Part shown: piece by piece, positions 1-12,782 of the stretch | Position numbering within the stretch: the first letter of the stretch is position 1 | Layout: every line of letters begins with the position of its first letter | Origin: Leucoraja erinacea | Lineage: Eukaryota | Direction of reading: 5' to 3' | DNA length: 64,000 nt | Assembly: GCF_028641065.1 (NCBI RefSeq) | Contig: NC_073391.1 | Coordinates: 34,100,001 to 34,164,000, forward strand | Program-made: the position numbers and the translations under genes | The notes under the pieces: generated by a model | The model's database searches: none | What the model saw: the letters and a program-made list of their open reading frames with translations, nothing else | What the model was told of the DNA's origin: nothing

Positions 1-2320
1 CATACAACATGGAAACAGGCCCTTCGGCCCAACTGATCCATGCTAACCAAAATGCCCATAAAAGCTAGTCCCATTTGCCATTGTTTGGCCCATGTCCTTC
101 TACACCTTTCCTATCCATGTACCTGTCCAAGTGTTTTTAAATGTTGTTATAGTACCTGCTCTGGCGGATCTTTCCATACACCTACCGTGAAAATGTTGCC
201 TCTCAGGTTCCTATTGAATCTTTTCCCTCTCACCTTAAACCTCTGTCCTCTAGTTCTTGATTCCTCTACTCTGTGTAAAACACTCCCTGTGGATGCTTCT
301 GTTAATTCTGGCCAAATTGGGGCTGCCAGGACACTAAAATTGAGTAACGGTTGCAGTGCTGCTAGTCCATTTGGTCAATTTAAATGTGCCTTATGCAGAA
401 CTGGGACAAGCTGCAGAAGGTGCCAGTTTGTCTGGAGCCCAGATCAGAGTTGCAGGAAAAGAATTGGGACATCTGCAGCTTCTTACAATTAGGGTTAAAT
501 TGCATGAAACGGAATGGGTGAATGCAAACCAGACGTACACATTGTATATAATGTTGCAAAACTTTACTTTGCTAGATGTTGATTGGGTTAAGTGTTGAGC
601 CTTGTCTGGGTTTCTTGAATATCTGGGCAAATGTTGCTATGTTTGCTTCCTTCCAGAAGCTCCTTTCAAATACAATGTATTATTGTTATTTGGCATGGGA
701 AATGTCTATCATGTACTGTGTTAATCGATATTTGTTATTGGACTGTAAAGAGACCACCCCCATATGGTTTAGCCCCTCAAGGTTCGGGGACCAATAAAAG
801 GTAGCTCCCACGAGCTCCTGTGTCAATCTTCTGGAAAAACGCTTGGGACTGCGTGACCTTTTGGAGTGTCTCTGGTTGCACGAGGCTATGAGGGCTTGGC
901 CACGCAGATACAAGGATCGAACCCGCGGTGGTTAGGTATCGTAGTGGGGAACTGTTATTGTGTTTTTACAAAATAAATTTTAGATGCGCAAGTGCTTGAC
1001 TCAGTATTTTATTGACTGAAACTAGACTGGGGGGAAGCTTAGAACGAGCTATTTACATACCTTAAACCTATGTCCTCTGGTTCTTGATTCCTCTACCCTG
1101 TTTAAAACACTCTGTGGATGCTTCCTTCATCAGCCAGGGCATTGAGGGTAAGAGTCCGGACGTCATGATGCAGCTTTGGTCAGGCCGCATTTGGAGTATT
1201 GTGTGCAGTTCTGGTTGCTCCATTGGGGCCTGACCAAAGTCCAATAAACCTGCATCACGACTTCCTGAGGATATGGAGGCTTTGGAGAGGGTGAAGAGGA
1301 GGTTTACCAGAATGATGCCTGGATTAGACAGTATTCGCTGTCCACAGAGGTTAAGCATACTTGGATTGTTTACTCAGGAATGTCAGAGATTGAGGGGAGA
1401 TCTGATAGAACTATATATACAGTTCATTTTATACATATAAAATGATGAGAGGCCTAGATAATGTAGACAGTCAGAACCTTGTTGTCTATGACTAGAGGGT
1501 TTAATTTTAAGGTCAAAGGGGAAAATGTTAAAGGCAAGTTTTTTTTAAAAAGGGTTATGAGTGCCTGGAACATGCTGGATCGTGGAGCGCCTTGCTGGGC
1601 CGAACGGCCTGTTTCCCTGCTGTATCTTTCAATCAATCCCACATCCCAGAGACCATAGGGGTTGGTGGGTTAATCGGCCTCTGTAAATGCCCACCCCCAA
1701 TGTGTGTGGGTGAGGAGTGGCCTGGGTGAATGATGGTGGAGGGGGGAGAGGTTCAGGGCGGTGGAAGGAGCTGGAGTACCACAAGTCTGGGCGGCGGGAG
1801 GGAGGGGAGCAGCAGGTAATGGCATTCCCTTCGCCTGCTGCCCTTGTGCCTGGCAGCGATGGGACAGCTGTTCCCAGGTGTGGAGGAGGATTTTGCAAGG
1901 TCAAGCGACTGGGCTTGGATTCAGAGAGACGATCTGTGTGGGAACATTTTCTTCTGTTTTAAAGTAATGATCATGAGTTGCTTGCTCAGCCGAATCGCAG
2001 GGTGAATACGACATTTTCTCCGCCAAAGGACATTAATGAAATGGAAGATTTTTGTTTACCTCAATCTAGAATTATTACAAGTGCTTTTAAAATTCCAGAT
2101 GATGAGCTGAATAAAAATTCTGCTGCCACTCGTTGGATTGTTTGCTCGGGGTGTCTGTGTTAATGGTCTGTTAACCTACCTGCTACACCATCACTGTATA
2201 TCGAACATAGAACAGTACAGCACAGGAACAGGCCCTTTGGCCCACCATGTCTGTGACATGATGCCAAGATCAATTCTTATCTGCCTGCACATAATCCATA
2301 TCCTTCCATTCCCTGTGCTT

Positions 2321-2633
2321 TTTAGTTTAGGGATACAATGTGGAAATAGGCCACTGAGTCCACGCCGACCGTCGCTCAACCCATCACACTCGTTCTACGT
2401 TATTCCACTTTCTCATCCACTCCCTACACATTAGAGGTAATTTACAGAGGGCCAATTAACCAACAAACCCGCACATCTTTGGGATGTGGGAGGAAACCGG
2501 AGCACCGGAGAAAACCCTCACTGTCACAGGGAGAACATGCAAACTCCATGCAGACAGGACCCGAGGTCAGGATCAAACTCAGGTCTCTGGTGCTGTGAGG
2601 CATTGGACCTACCAGCTGCGCTGCTGTGCTGCC
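2321..2633 (-). mobile_element. tRNA-derived V-SINE (HE1-like); representative copy
   Basis: tRNA-like head, V-domain-like core (gagtttgcatgttctccctgtgac), CR1-like 3' end and (ctaaa)n tail. Further copies at about 12890-13110, 15223-15460, 15968-16262, 20155-20250, 20660-20790, 29779-30045, 33470-33605, 41500-41610, 49790-50043, 54805-55100, 55790-55960, 61670-61910 and 62345-62470. Confidence 0.8.
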
Positions 2634-2654
2634 CATACCCATTTTTTCACAAGT

Positions 2655-3010
2655 TATAGGAGTAGAATTAAGCCATTCGGCCCATCGAGTCCACTGCGCC
2701 ATTCAATCATGGCCGATCTCTGCCTCCAAATCCAATTTTCCTGCCTTCTCCCCATAACCCTTGACAACCATTCTAATCAAGAATTTGTCTTTCTCTGCCA
2801 TTAAAATATCCACCGACTTGGCCTCCACAGCCCTCTGTGGCAATGAGTTCCACAGATTAACTACCCTCTGACTAAAGAAGTTCCTCCTCACCTCCTTTCT
2901 AAAAGAGCGCCCTTTAATTCTGAGGCTACGACCTCTGGTCCTAGACTCTCCCACCAGTGGAAACATCCTTTCCACATCCACTCTATCGATGCCTTTTATT
3001 ATTCTGTAAC
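2655..3010 (-). mobile_element. CR1 LINE 3' fragment; representative of dozens of CR1 3' fragments in the window
   Basis: ORF 2703-2981 ([45 protein letters not shown]) is the CR1 ORF2 C-terminus. Confidence 0.9.
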
Positions 3011-4237
3011 GTCACATCAGGTGGAATTGGGGCAACTTGGAGCACATCCTCAGCTAATAAGAGGTCCAGCCTAATATTAATTCTCATCCAGGTTAAAAGT
3101 CTTTAGTTCTTACCTACTTGTTAGTTTGCAAATCACCTTCGTTACCGACCCCCCACTGAAACTCTCAACAAATTCAAACTCTAATAGCAACTCCTCCATT
3201 GTCTGAGGAGAACAGCACCAGACTTGTCTTTGAGGTTGTCCATAAGCATCTTAAACACCACTCCTTCAGTTGCAAAAGGTGGGGACAGAAGGAATCGCAG
3301 GCACCCTATACTGGAGGGAGGGGAGGGGGGGGTTCGGGGATCAGAGACACTGTGGGCCGAGGAACAGCAGGGGGGGGGGGGGTGAGGGCACGGGAGGACA
3401 TATATAGTCACACAGCACGGACACAGGCCCTTCGGCCCAACTCATCCATGCCGACCATAATGCACCCTCTATGCTAATCCCACCTGACTGCGTTTAGCCT
3501 ATATACGTACCTCTAAATCTTTCCTATCCATGTACCTGGCGAAATGTCTTTTAAATGCTGTTATAGTACCTTCCTCAACTACCTCCTCTGGCAGCTCATT
3601 CCATATACCCACCTCCCTTTGTGTGAAAAAGTTACCCTTCAGTTTCCAGTTAAATCTTTCGCCTCTCACCTTAAACCAAAGTCTTGTGGTTCTTGATTCC
3701 CCTTCCCTGGGTAAAAGATTCATCCAATCTATTCCTCTCATGATTTTATGCACCTCTTAAAGATCACCCTTCACCCTCCTGCGCTTCAAGGTATAAAGTC
3801 TTAGCCTGCTCAACCTCTCTCTGTAGCTCAGGCACTCGAGTCCTGGCAACATCCTCGTAAACCTGAGCAGTGGCAATGGTGCCGGTTTGCCCGTCCACTC
3901 AGCACGGAGACCATGGATGACCAGCCAGGTGAGTGATGACAGACCCAGTACTCTGGGCATCATGTCTGCTAAGGACCCATGATGTACAACTCACTGACCA
4001 GCCTCACCCAGAGGAAGTGGTCCGAGCTGCTGCTTCATGCATGGGTCACAGTGTTGGCCCCAGGGTGACTGAGGAAAATGATCGGTCACTCTTGGGGGCA
4101 AAAATGTAAAAGTTTGCAGATGATGTTGCTGCTGCTGGAAGTTCCAGACCCTCACTCTGTTGTGGTATGGGGGAGGAGGGGTAGGCGCACGAAATTGCCA
4201 AATACACAACAGCTACCTGTGCATACTCACACTATAT

Positions 4238-4530
4238 GTGTTTGCGTGTGTCTATGTGTGTGAGTGTCAGTGTGTTGATGTGCAAGTTTGCGTGTGTGGG
4301 TGGGCGTAAAATGTGTGTGCATGCTAAGTGTTTTGCGTGTGTGCATGTTGGTGTGTGCATGTGTTGGTGCGCTCAGGCCTGCTTGGGTGTGCATGTGCGC
4401 GAGTGTGCATGCGGGGAGGTGTGTGCGTAAGTACATGTGTGTTGGTGTGCCTGTGCATGTGTGGGTATGCATGTGCCTGTGGGTGCATGCGTAGGGATGT
4501 TGCATGCATGCGTGCGTGTGAGTGTGCATG
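4238..4530. repeat. Degenerate (GT/GC/AT)n alternating purine-pyrimidine microsatellite
   Basis: Directly visible run of tgtgtg/gcatgc/gcgtgt about 290 bp long. Confidence 0.9.
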
Positions 4531-4808
4531 GAAAATTAAAATTAAACATTCATCAGACATCATTTTGTTGAACGTCCATTGGAGGAGAAAACCCTCAGTA
4601 ATCAAATCTAAAATGGTTCAACCGCGCGCATACAAAAAAACCAGAGACATTAAGGCTTTTCTTTTCTCGCTCTCTCTCTCCCTCCCTCACTGAAACCAAG
4701 AGTAAAACACAGCCACAGGCCTAACTGGCAGTTTCAGATAAAGCACACATTTCCACATCAGTAAAGTTAATTGGTTAGCCATTAGTTGCAGGAGTGCACA
4801 GTACTCAC

Positions 4809-4833
4809 CAGGACACGAGCAGCCTCCTGACAT
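4809..4833 (-). CDS. LDB1: LIM domain-binding protein 1, first coding exon (25 nt); rest of the gene not seen in the window
   Basis: Minus strand reads ATG TCA GGA GGC TGC TCG TGT CCT G|gtgagtac = MSGGCSCP(G). This matches the N-terminus of long LDB1 (MSVGCACPG), has a strong donor and lies in a repeat-free block. LDB1 is in the same human 10q24 neighbourhood as OGA. Exon 2 was not found in 1-4800. Confidence 0.8.
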
Positions 4834-5400
4834 TTTTCACATCTCTGAACTCCCTTCCTATGCGTGCGGGCAGAAAATATGCTTCCTTTTAAATCCTTTT
4901 CTTTTCGCTGAGCTTCTTCTGGTTTCGAGAAGCAGAGACACTCCGCTTCTCTGCCCCCTTCCTCTCTCTCTCTCTCTTACGCTCTCCCTCCCTACTTCAT
5001 GGTATCCTGTGTGTGTGTTGATGTCACGTACTGGAATCGCTGGGAAGGAGAGAGAGGGGAAAAAAAAGACGAGCCGTCAGGCAAACAGGAAGCAGCGAAT
5101 ATTCATTCCCTCAAAGACAGAATACCTCTAGTCATTAATATGCAAAGGCAAAGACATTTCCCGGTGGGTGGAGAGTCAGACTGGCATTGTAACCCAGGAA
5201 ACGGCGGATGGCAAAGACTGAACAAGCATGTGACCCAGATTTCGTCTCTCTCGCGCCCTCTCTAAAGGCTTGTTTTGCTCAGTGTAAAATCCTCAGTGAA
5301 ATTTCTCCAACTGTCCATCAACGCCCCTCTCCACAATCCCAACTACAGTCCCTTCCGGCTGGCTGTTCCTGCCCTTGTTTATCGAATAAAGTCACCTTCC
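4834..5400 (-). promoter_or_regulatory. Putative LDB1 5'UTR and proximal promoter
   Basis: Repeat-free sequence directly upstream of the LDB1 ATG, with CT/GA microsatellites and ETS-like CAGGAAG and GTCACGT motifs. The TSS cannot be determined from sequence. Confidence 0.45.
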
Positions 5401-5640
5401 CCACTTCCCCCACTCTCCTTCCTTGCTCCTCCCCTCCTTCTCCCTTCCCCTCTCTCCCTTGCTCCTCCTTCTCTTTCTGTTTCTCTCTTTATTTCTCTCT
5501 CCCTCGCTCCTCCCACCCTCCGCCCTCCGTTTTACTGTTTCTCTTTTTTCTCTCATGCTCCTCGCCTCCGTCTCCCCCTCATTCTTTTTTCTCTTTCTCC
5601 TTTGCTCTTCCCCTCCCTCTTCCTTTCCCACCCTCTTTCG
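5400..5640. repeat. Polypyrimidine (CT-rich) low-complexity tract
   Basis: About 240 nt of almost only C and T on the + strand. Confidence 0.9.
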
Positions 5641-5651
5641 GCCCGAAACGT

Positions 5652-6680
5652 CTGAATGCCTGAATGACTACCGTCCGGTGGCCCTTACCTCGGTAGTCAT
5701 GAAATGCTTTGAGAGGCTGGTGAAGAATCACATCTGCGCCTTCCTCCCTCGGAACATGGACCCGTTGCAGTTTGCATACCGTCCGAACAGGTCCACGGAC
5801 GATGCGGTCTCCCAGGTCTTGCACACCGCTCTCTCCCATCTGGACAGCCAGAAGGGGGGGCTACGTGAGGATGCTGTTCATAGACTACAGTTCCCCTTCA
5901 ACACGTCTCCCCCCAGACTGGCCGGGAAGCTACTTTGGGGCTCAACAACACCTCCCTGTGTGCTGGGTCTGGACTTTCTCACCGCCAGGCCCCAGGTAGT
6001 CAAGATGGGAGGGAATACATCGAAGTCCCTCACTCTCCCCCCAGGGTCCCCCTATTGTAGTACACACAGGAGGTCGCCCAATTCAGGGTCTCCCAGACAA
6101 TCCCCTTTGTACTCCCTGTACACCTCTTTCGGTCCGAAAATAATTAAGTTGCTGACACTGTTGGTGGATCCTGATCCTGGTCGGGAATCGCTCCATAGAT
6201 GCTGCTGCACCCCTCCTCTTGAACATCAAAAAACGAAGGAGCTGATCACGGACTTTAGTACACTCCATTGAGTATAAATGGGGAGCCTGTGGATAGGGTG
6301 AACTGTTTTAAATATCTGGGAGTCCACATCTCTGAGGATATGACATGGTCATCACACGCCTCAGCACTGGTGAGTAAGGCAAGGCAGCGCCTTTACCACC
6401 TCAGGCAATTGAGGAAATTCAGAGTGTCTCCGAGGATCCACCTCAGGCAATTGAGGAAACTTCACTCACCCCCCTGCAGGAACTATACAACAGGAGGTGC
6501 AACTCCAGAGCAAACAAAATCATGAGAGACCTCTTCCACCCCTGCAACGGACTGTTCCAGCCGCTACGGTCAGGCAAACGCCTCCGTTGCTTTTCGGACT
6601 CTTGCCACTTTCATTTCACTGCACATCTCGTATGTGTATGTGACAAATAAACTTGACTTGACTTGACTTGACTTCTTGAC
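5652..6680 (+). mobile_element. Rex1/Babar-type LINE, degraded RT and 3' end
   Basis: [21 protein letters not shown]...[14 protein letters not shown]...KYLGVHISEDMTWS, ending in aataaa plus a (cttga)n tail. Contains many small indels. Confidence 0.85.
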
Positions 6681-8159
6681 TCACCTATTTCCATCTTCAT
6701 AGATGCTGTTGAGTTTTCTCTCCAGCATTTTTGTGTACCCTCTTTCTTTCTCTCTCTCCTTTTCCCCGGTTCGCTCACCTCTCTCTTGTTTTCTCTCTTG
6801 CTCCTGTCTCTCTCTCTCTTTCTTATTCCTCGTCCCTTCACTCACCACCCAACCCCACATGATCTGCGAGATGCAAATGTGTAACCCTGCCTGAATTTGA
6901 AAGGGGAATAGATTGGCTGATACAAGGAACTGCAGATGCTGGTTTACAAAAAAAAAGACACAAAGTGCCGGGGTAGCTCAGCGGGTCAGGCAGCATCTCT
7001 GGAGAATATGGATAGGTGACGTTTTAGGTTGAGACCCTTCTTCAGACTATTTCATTGTTAATCATTTTCAGATTTCCCTCTTTCTGAGACTCAAGGCATT
7101 TTTCCCAAGGCCAGTCCAACTCCAAACAAGGCATTCCTGAGGATAATCGACCTTAAAGTAATTTCTGTTCGTGGACACAAGGAGGGTTGTGTTCACACTG
7201 ATCGCCTTGGGCAGATGGCCAGACCTGCCTCAGACAAGTGAGGGGCCTTCTAAAGAACAAAGCAGTCCTAGCATACAGGATAAACACACATACAGGAACA
7301 TACAGCAGGAACAGGCCCTTCTGCCCACAATGTTCACGCCAAACATGATGCCAAGTTAAACTGAAATGCAAACAACTGTAATAACTTTATACGATCACCT
7401 CTCATCCTCCTGAGCTCCAAGGAATAATGTCCTAGCCTGCCAACCTCTTCCCTAAACCTCAAGCCCTCCAGTCCTGGCAACATCCTCGTAAATCTTCTCT
7501 GCACCCTTTCCAGCTTAACAACATCTTTCCTTTAATGGGGTGACAAAAACTGACCTCACCAATGTCTTGTACAATTGCAACATGACCTCCCAACTTCTAT
7601 GCTCAATTCTCTCGACTCATGAAGGCCAATGTGGTGAAAGCTTTCTTGACCACGCTACTTACTCTGGACTTGCACTCACTGCAGGCATGGCACGCAGGAT
7701 CCTTCTGCACAGGACACACATCGATCTGAGAGCTCTGCGCACCAACAGGTCATTGCACCAGGGCTGATTTCATTGAATGGGATTTGCAGGGTTAGGTTTA
7801 TGTTTATTATACTGTCATGTGTATCGGGGTACAGTGAAAAGCTTTGTTTTGCATCCTGTCCAACTAGATCATATAATACTACACATAAATACAGTCAAGT
7901 CAAACTCAAGTACAATAGGTAGTGCAAAGGAGAAGATACAGAGTGCAGAATATAATTCTCAGTATTGTATCACATCAGTTCCAGAGACAAAGTCCAATGT
8001 CCGCAATGGGTTAGAGATAAATCGGAAAGTACCCTAGCTTAAGGAAGGACCGTTCATAAGCCTGATGATAACAGAGGGGAAGAAGCTGTTCCTGGGTCTG
8101 GTGGTGCGTGCTTTCAAGCTTCTGTACCTTTTACCAGACGGGACCTGGGAGAAGAAGTA

Positions 8160-11100
8160 CTGAAGGTACTGTTGTGTATGAAGGTAGACAAATCTCCAGG
8201 GCCTGATCAGATATATCCGAGGACATTGTGGGAAACTAGAAAGGAAATTGCGGGAGCCCTGGTAGAAATTTACAAGTCGTCCTTAACTACAGGAGAGGTG
8301 CCGGAAGACTGGAGGGTCGCAAATGTTGTGCCTCTTTTCAAGAAGGGCTGCAGGGAAAATGCTGGGAACTATAGGCCAGTGAGCTTAACATCTGTAGTTG
8401 GAAAATTACTAGAGAGTATTCTGAGGGATAGGATATACAGGCATTTGGATGGGCAGGGGTTGATTAGGGATAGTCAGCATTGTTTTGTACGTGGGAGTTC
8501 GTGTCTCACAAATCTGATTGATTTCTTTGAAGACGTGACCAAAAATGGCGATGAGGGCAGAACGGTAGATGTTGTACACATGGATTTCAGTAAGGAAATC
8601 ATCAAGGTAGGCTGCTCTGGAAGGTTAGATCGCATGGGATCAAAGGAGAGATAGATGAATGGATAGTAAATTGGCTCCATGGAAGAAAGCTGAGGATGAT
8701 GGTGGAAGGTTGCTTCTTGGACTGGAGGCCTGTGATTAGTAGTTGTGTCTCAGGTTTCAGTGCTGGGACTGTTACTGTTTGTCATCTACATCAATTTGAG
8801 GAAGGATATTTGTGTCAGGTCAAGTTTATTTGTCACATACACATACGAGATGTGCAGTGAAATGAAAGTGGCAATGCTCGCGGACTTTTGTGCAAAAGAC
8901 AAACAACCAAACAAACTATAAACACAATCATAACACACATATTCTTTTACATGATAAATAATGGAAGGAAAAACGTTCAGTAGAGTTAGTTCTTGGTGAG
9001 ATAGGCGTTTACAGTCCGAATGGCCTCTGGGAAGAAACTCCTTTGCAACCTCTCCGTTCTCACCGCATGGCAACGGAGGCGTTTGCCTGACCGTAACAGC
9101 TGGAACAGTCCGTTGCAGGGGTGGAAGGGGTCTCTCATGATATTGTTGGCTCTGGAGTTGCACCTCCTGATGTATAGTTCCTGCAGGGGGGCAAGTGAAG
9201 TTCCCATAGTGCGTTCGGCCGAAGGCACTACTCTCTGCAGAGCCTTCTTGTCCTTGGCAGAGCAATTCCCAAACCAGATGGTAATGTTCCCGGACAAGAT
9301 GCTTTCCACTGCCGCTGCGTAGAAGCACTGGAGGATCCTCGGAGACACTCTGAATTTCCTCAATTGCCTGAGGTGGTAAAGGCGCTGCCTTGCCTTACTC
9401 ACGGGTGCTGAGGCGTGTGATGCCCATGTCATATCCTCGGAGATGTGGACTCCCAGATATTTAAAACAGTTCCCCCTATCCACAGGATCCCCATTTATCC
9501 TCAATGGAGTGTACGTCCTCGGATGATGTGCCCTCCTAAAGTTCATGATCAGCTCCTTCGTTTTTTTGATGTTCAAGAGGAGGCTGTTATCCTGGCACCA
9601 GAGTGCTAGACCAGCCACCTCCTCCCGGTAGGCCTTCTCGTCGTTGTCTGAGATCAGGCCCACCACTACAGTGTCATCAGCAAACTTAATTATTGAGTTG
9701 GAGCTGAACCTAGCCACACAGTCATGTGTGTACAGGGAGTACAATAGGGGGCTGAGGACGCAACCCTGGGGCGATCGTGTGCTCAGGGTGAGGGACTTCG
9801 ATTAATTCCCTCCGATCTTGACTACCTGGGGCCTGGCGGTGAGAAAGTCCAGGACCCAGGCACACAGGGAGGTGTTGAGCCCCAATTCCATTAGCTTCCC
9901 GGCCAGTCTGGTGGGGACTATCGTGTTGAAGGCTGAACTGTAGTCTATGAACAGCATCCTCACGTAGCCCCCCTTCTGGCTGTCCAGATGGGAGAGAGCG
10001 GTGTGCAAGACCTGGGAGACCGCATCGTCCGTGGATCTGTTCGGACGGTATGCGAACTGCAACAGGTCCATGTTCCGAGGGAGGAAGTCGCAGATGTGTT
10101 TCTTCACCAGCCTCTCAAAACATTTCATGACTACCGAGGTAAGGGCCACCGGACGGTATTCAGTCAGACAGGCTGGGGAGGCATTTTTTGGTACCGGTAC
10201 AATGATGGAGTGCAGTGTAGGTTCACGAGGTTAATTCCCGGGATGGCGGGACAGTCATGTAATGAGAGAATGGAGCGACTGGGCTTATATTCATTGAAAA
10301 TTAGAAGGATAAGAGGGGATCTTATAGAAACATATAAAATTATTAAAGGATTGGACACGCTAGATGCAGGAAACGTGTTCCCTATATTGGGGGAGTCCAG
10401 AGCCAGGGGCCACAGTTTAAGAATAAGGGGTAGGCCATTTATAACTGAGATGAGGAAAAACCTTTTCACACAGAGAGTTATGAATTTGTGGAGGCCGATT
10501 CGCTCGGTGCATTCAAGAGAGTTAGATTGAGTTCTTTGGGCTAGCGGAATCAAAGGGTTTGGGGAGAAGGCAGGAACGGGGTACTGATTGTGAACGATCA
10601 GCCATGATCGCATTGAATGCAGTGCTGGCTCAAAGGGCCGAACAGACTACTCTTGCACCTATTGTCTTTGTATATGTATCTATGATTTAGATGAGAACAT
10701 ACAGGGCAAGATTAGCAAGTTTGCTGATGATACAAAAGTGAGTGGTTTTGCAAATGGTAAAGATGGTTGTGAAAGATTGCAGCAGGACCTGAATCGAGGT
10801 GGGCAGAGGAATGGTTGATGGAATTTAATACAGAGAGGTGTGGTGCTGCATTTTGAAATGTCAAATAAGGGCAGGGCCTACACAGTAAATGGTAGGCCTC
10901 TAGATAGTGTTGCAGGGCAGAGGGATCTAGGAGTACAGGTGCATGGTTCCTTGAAGGTCGAGTCGCAGGTGGGGAAGGTGGCCAAAAAGGCTTTTGGCAC
11001 TTTGTCCTTCACCAGTCAGAGTATTGAGTATAGAAGTTGGAAGGTCATGTTGCAGTTGTATAAAACGTTGATGAGACCACATTTAGAATATTGTGTTCCG

Positions 11101-11460
11101 TTCACCGTGCACTGTGTTATAGGAAAGATATAGTCAAACTTGAAATGGTTCAGGAAAGATTGACGAGGATGTTGCCAGGACAAGAGGGTGTGCAGGCTGG
11201 GTCTCTATTCCATGGAGCACAGGAGGATGAGATATTTTCACACAAATGGTGGTGGGTGTACGGAACAAGCTGCCAGACGTGGTAGTTGAGATTGGGACTA
11301 TCCCATCGTTTAAGAAACAGTTAGACAGGTACATGGATAGGACAGATTTGGAGGGATAATGGACCAAGCGCAAGCAAGTGGCACTAGTGTAGCTGGGTCA
11401 TTGTTGGCCGGTGTGGGCAAGTTAGGCTGAAGGGCCTGTTTTCACACTGTATGACTCTAA
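8160..11460 (+). mobile_element. CR1 LINE ORF2, interrupted by a second CR1 and a Rex LINE
   Basis: KSPGPDQIYPRTL...NYRPVSLTSVVGKLLE...SCLTNLIDFFE at 8172-8654. The RT resumes at ~10682 ([10 protein letters not shown]) and runs to the 3' UTR near 11460. Confidence 0.85.
8815..10203 (-). mobile_element. Rex1/Babar-type LINE, 5'-truncated but well preserved
   Basis: ORFs 9802-10149 and 8986-9744 encode the RT ([36 protein letters not shown]). Same family as 5652-6680. Confidence 0.9.
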
Positions 11461-12299
11461 GAAGGAATGACCGGGGTGGGACAAGTGTTCGATTACGATG
11501 GCTGCTTTCACAAGGCAGCATGAAGTGTAGATGGAGTTGATGGCATGGAGTCTGGTATGTGTGATGGACCGAGTTAAATCGCTGCAATTTCTTGCGGTTT
11601 TCGGGAGAGCTGTTCCCAAACCAAGCTGTGATGCAACGCGACAGTGTGCTCCTACGGTGGTTTAAAATAGACCTTATGGACAGATGGTAGTGATGCCATA
11701 AAATAGAAGGGTGTAGACCCCTGATCACCACTGACAGACTCTGGAACAAGGGGCAGACTCGGAATTTACTTTAGACACAAGGAATTGCAGAGTATATACT
11801 CAAGAGAATATAATGTGTAGGAAGGAACTGCAGATGCTTGTTTAAACCAAAGATAGACAGAAAATGCTGGAATAACTGGCGTAACAGGCGGCATCTCTGG
11901 ATAGAAGGGATAGGTGATGTTTCGGGTCGGGACTTCCCACAGGTGCTGCCTGACCCGCTGAGTATCTACAGCACTTTGTGCTTTGCTCTCATTTTTATCT
12001 ACAGTTTAATGTGTCGGCATTTCATTGCTGCTCTTGCAGGGAGTGAGAATATGCAATGCTCAGCAGTTCAGCCTGTATCTAATGCTGACGCAGTAACTAG
12101 CATGGTCACAGCTCATTGAGCCTGCTCTGTCTCCCAGTCAAACAATCCTGTCAGTCCCTCTCCCTGTTTTTCACGCAGAACCCGGAAATTAGAGTCTAAT
12201 TTAGAGATACAGAATGGAAACAGGCCCTTAGGCCCACATTGTACGTGCAGACCTTCGATCACCCGTTCGTACTATTGTGCGGTTTCCCCTAGTGTGAAG

Positions 12300-12782
12300 G
12301 CATCCGCGGGAAGAGTCTGTGTTCCACATGTATATGGAGTGTGTGAGGTTGCAACCCCTCTTCCAATACCTGAAGAGGCTGCTCCTTACCTCCAGTGCAT
12401 AGGGGAGAGGGTAGGGCCGAAGACGCCCTGGTCGGGTTGCTCCTGTGCCTGGCTAAGCTGGCCATACGCGAGTCACAGCGCCAGGCGGAAGAGGGCTCTG
12501 CTCGAGCCTGTTGCCTGCCCCTTTTCCAGGGTTACATCCACGCCCGGATGGTACCTGAGAGGGACCACGCGCTGTCCACGGGCGCACTGGGGGTTTCCGG
12601 GACCGTTGGGCTCCGGGTGGGGTGGAAGTCATCCTCAATAAGGATTGTAATATATTTGTATAGTAGTTTATTTAGTATATTTGTTGGTCTTGTATTATGG
12701 TGGTGGGTTTTCTTTTGATTTATTACATACTGTAAATATTATTGTAAATAATTGATTAAATAATTGTTGGTTTAAAAAAAAG
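12300..12782 (+). mobile_element. L1/Tx1-clade LINE 3' fragment
   Basis: EESVFHMYMECVRLQPLFQYL (C-terminal Cys/His motif) and LLLCLAKLAIRES, followed by a T-rich 3' UTR and an A-run at ~12774-12782. Confidence 0.65.

Noticed and set aside
676-1057. Possible solo LTR (TG...CA, internal AATAAA motifs)
   Set aside because: No matching target-site duplication and no second copy in the window.
4227-4693. His/Thr- and Cys/Val-rich ORFs
   Set aside because: Translations of the (GT)n-like microsatellite.
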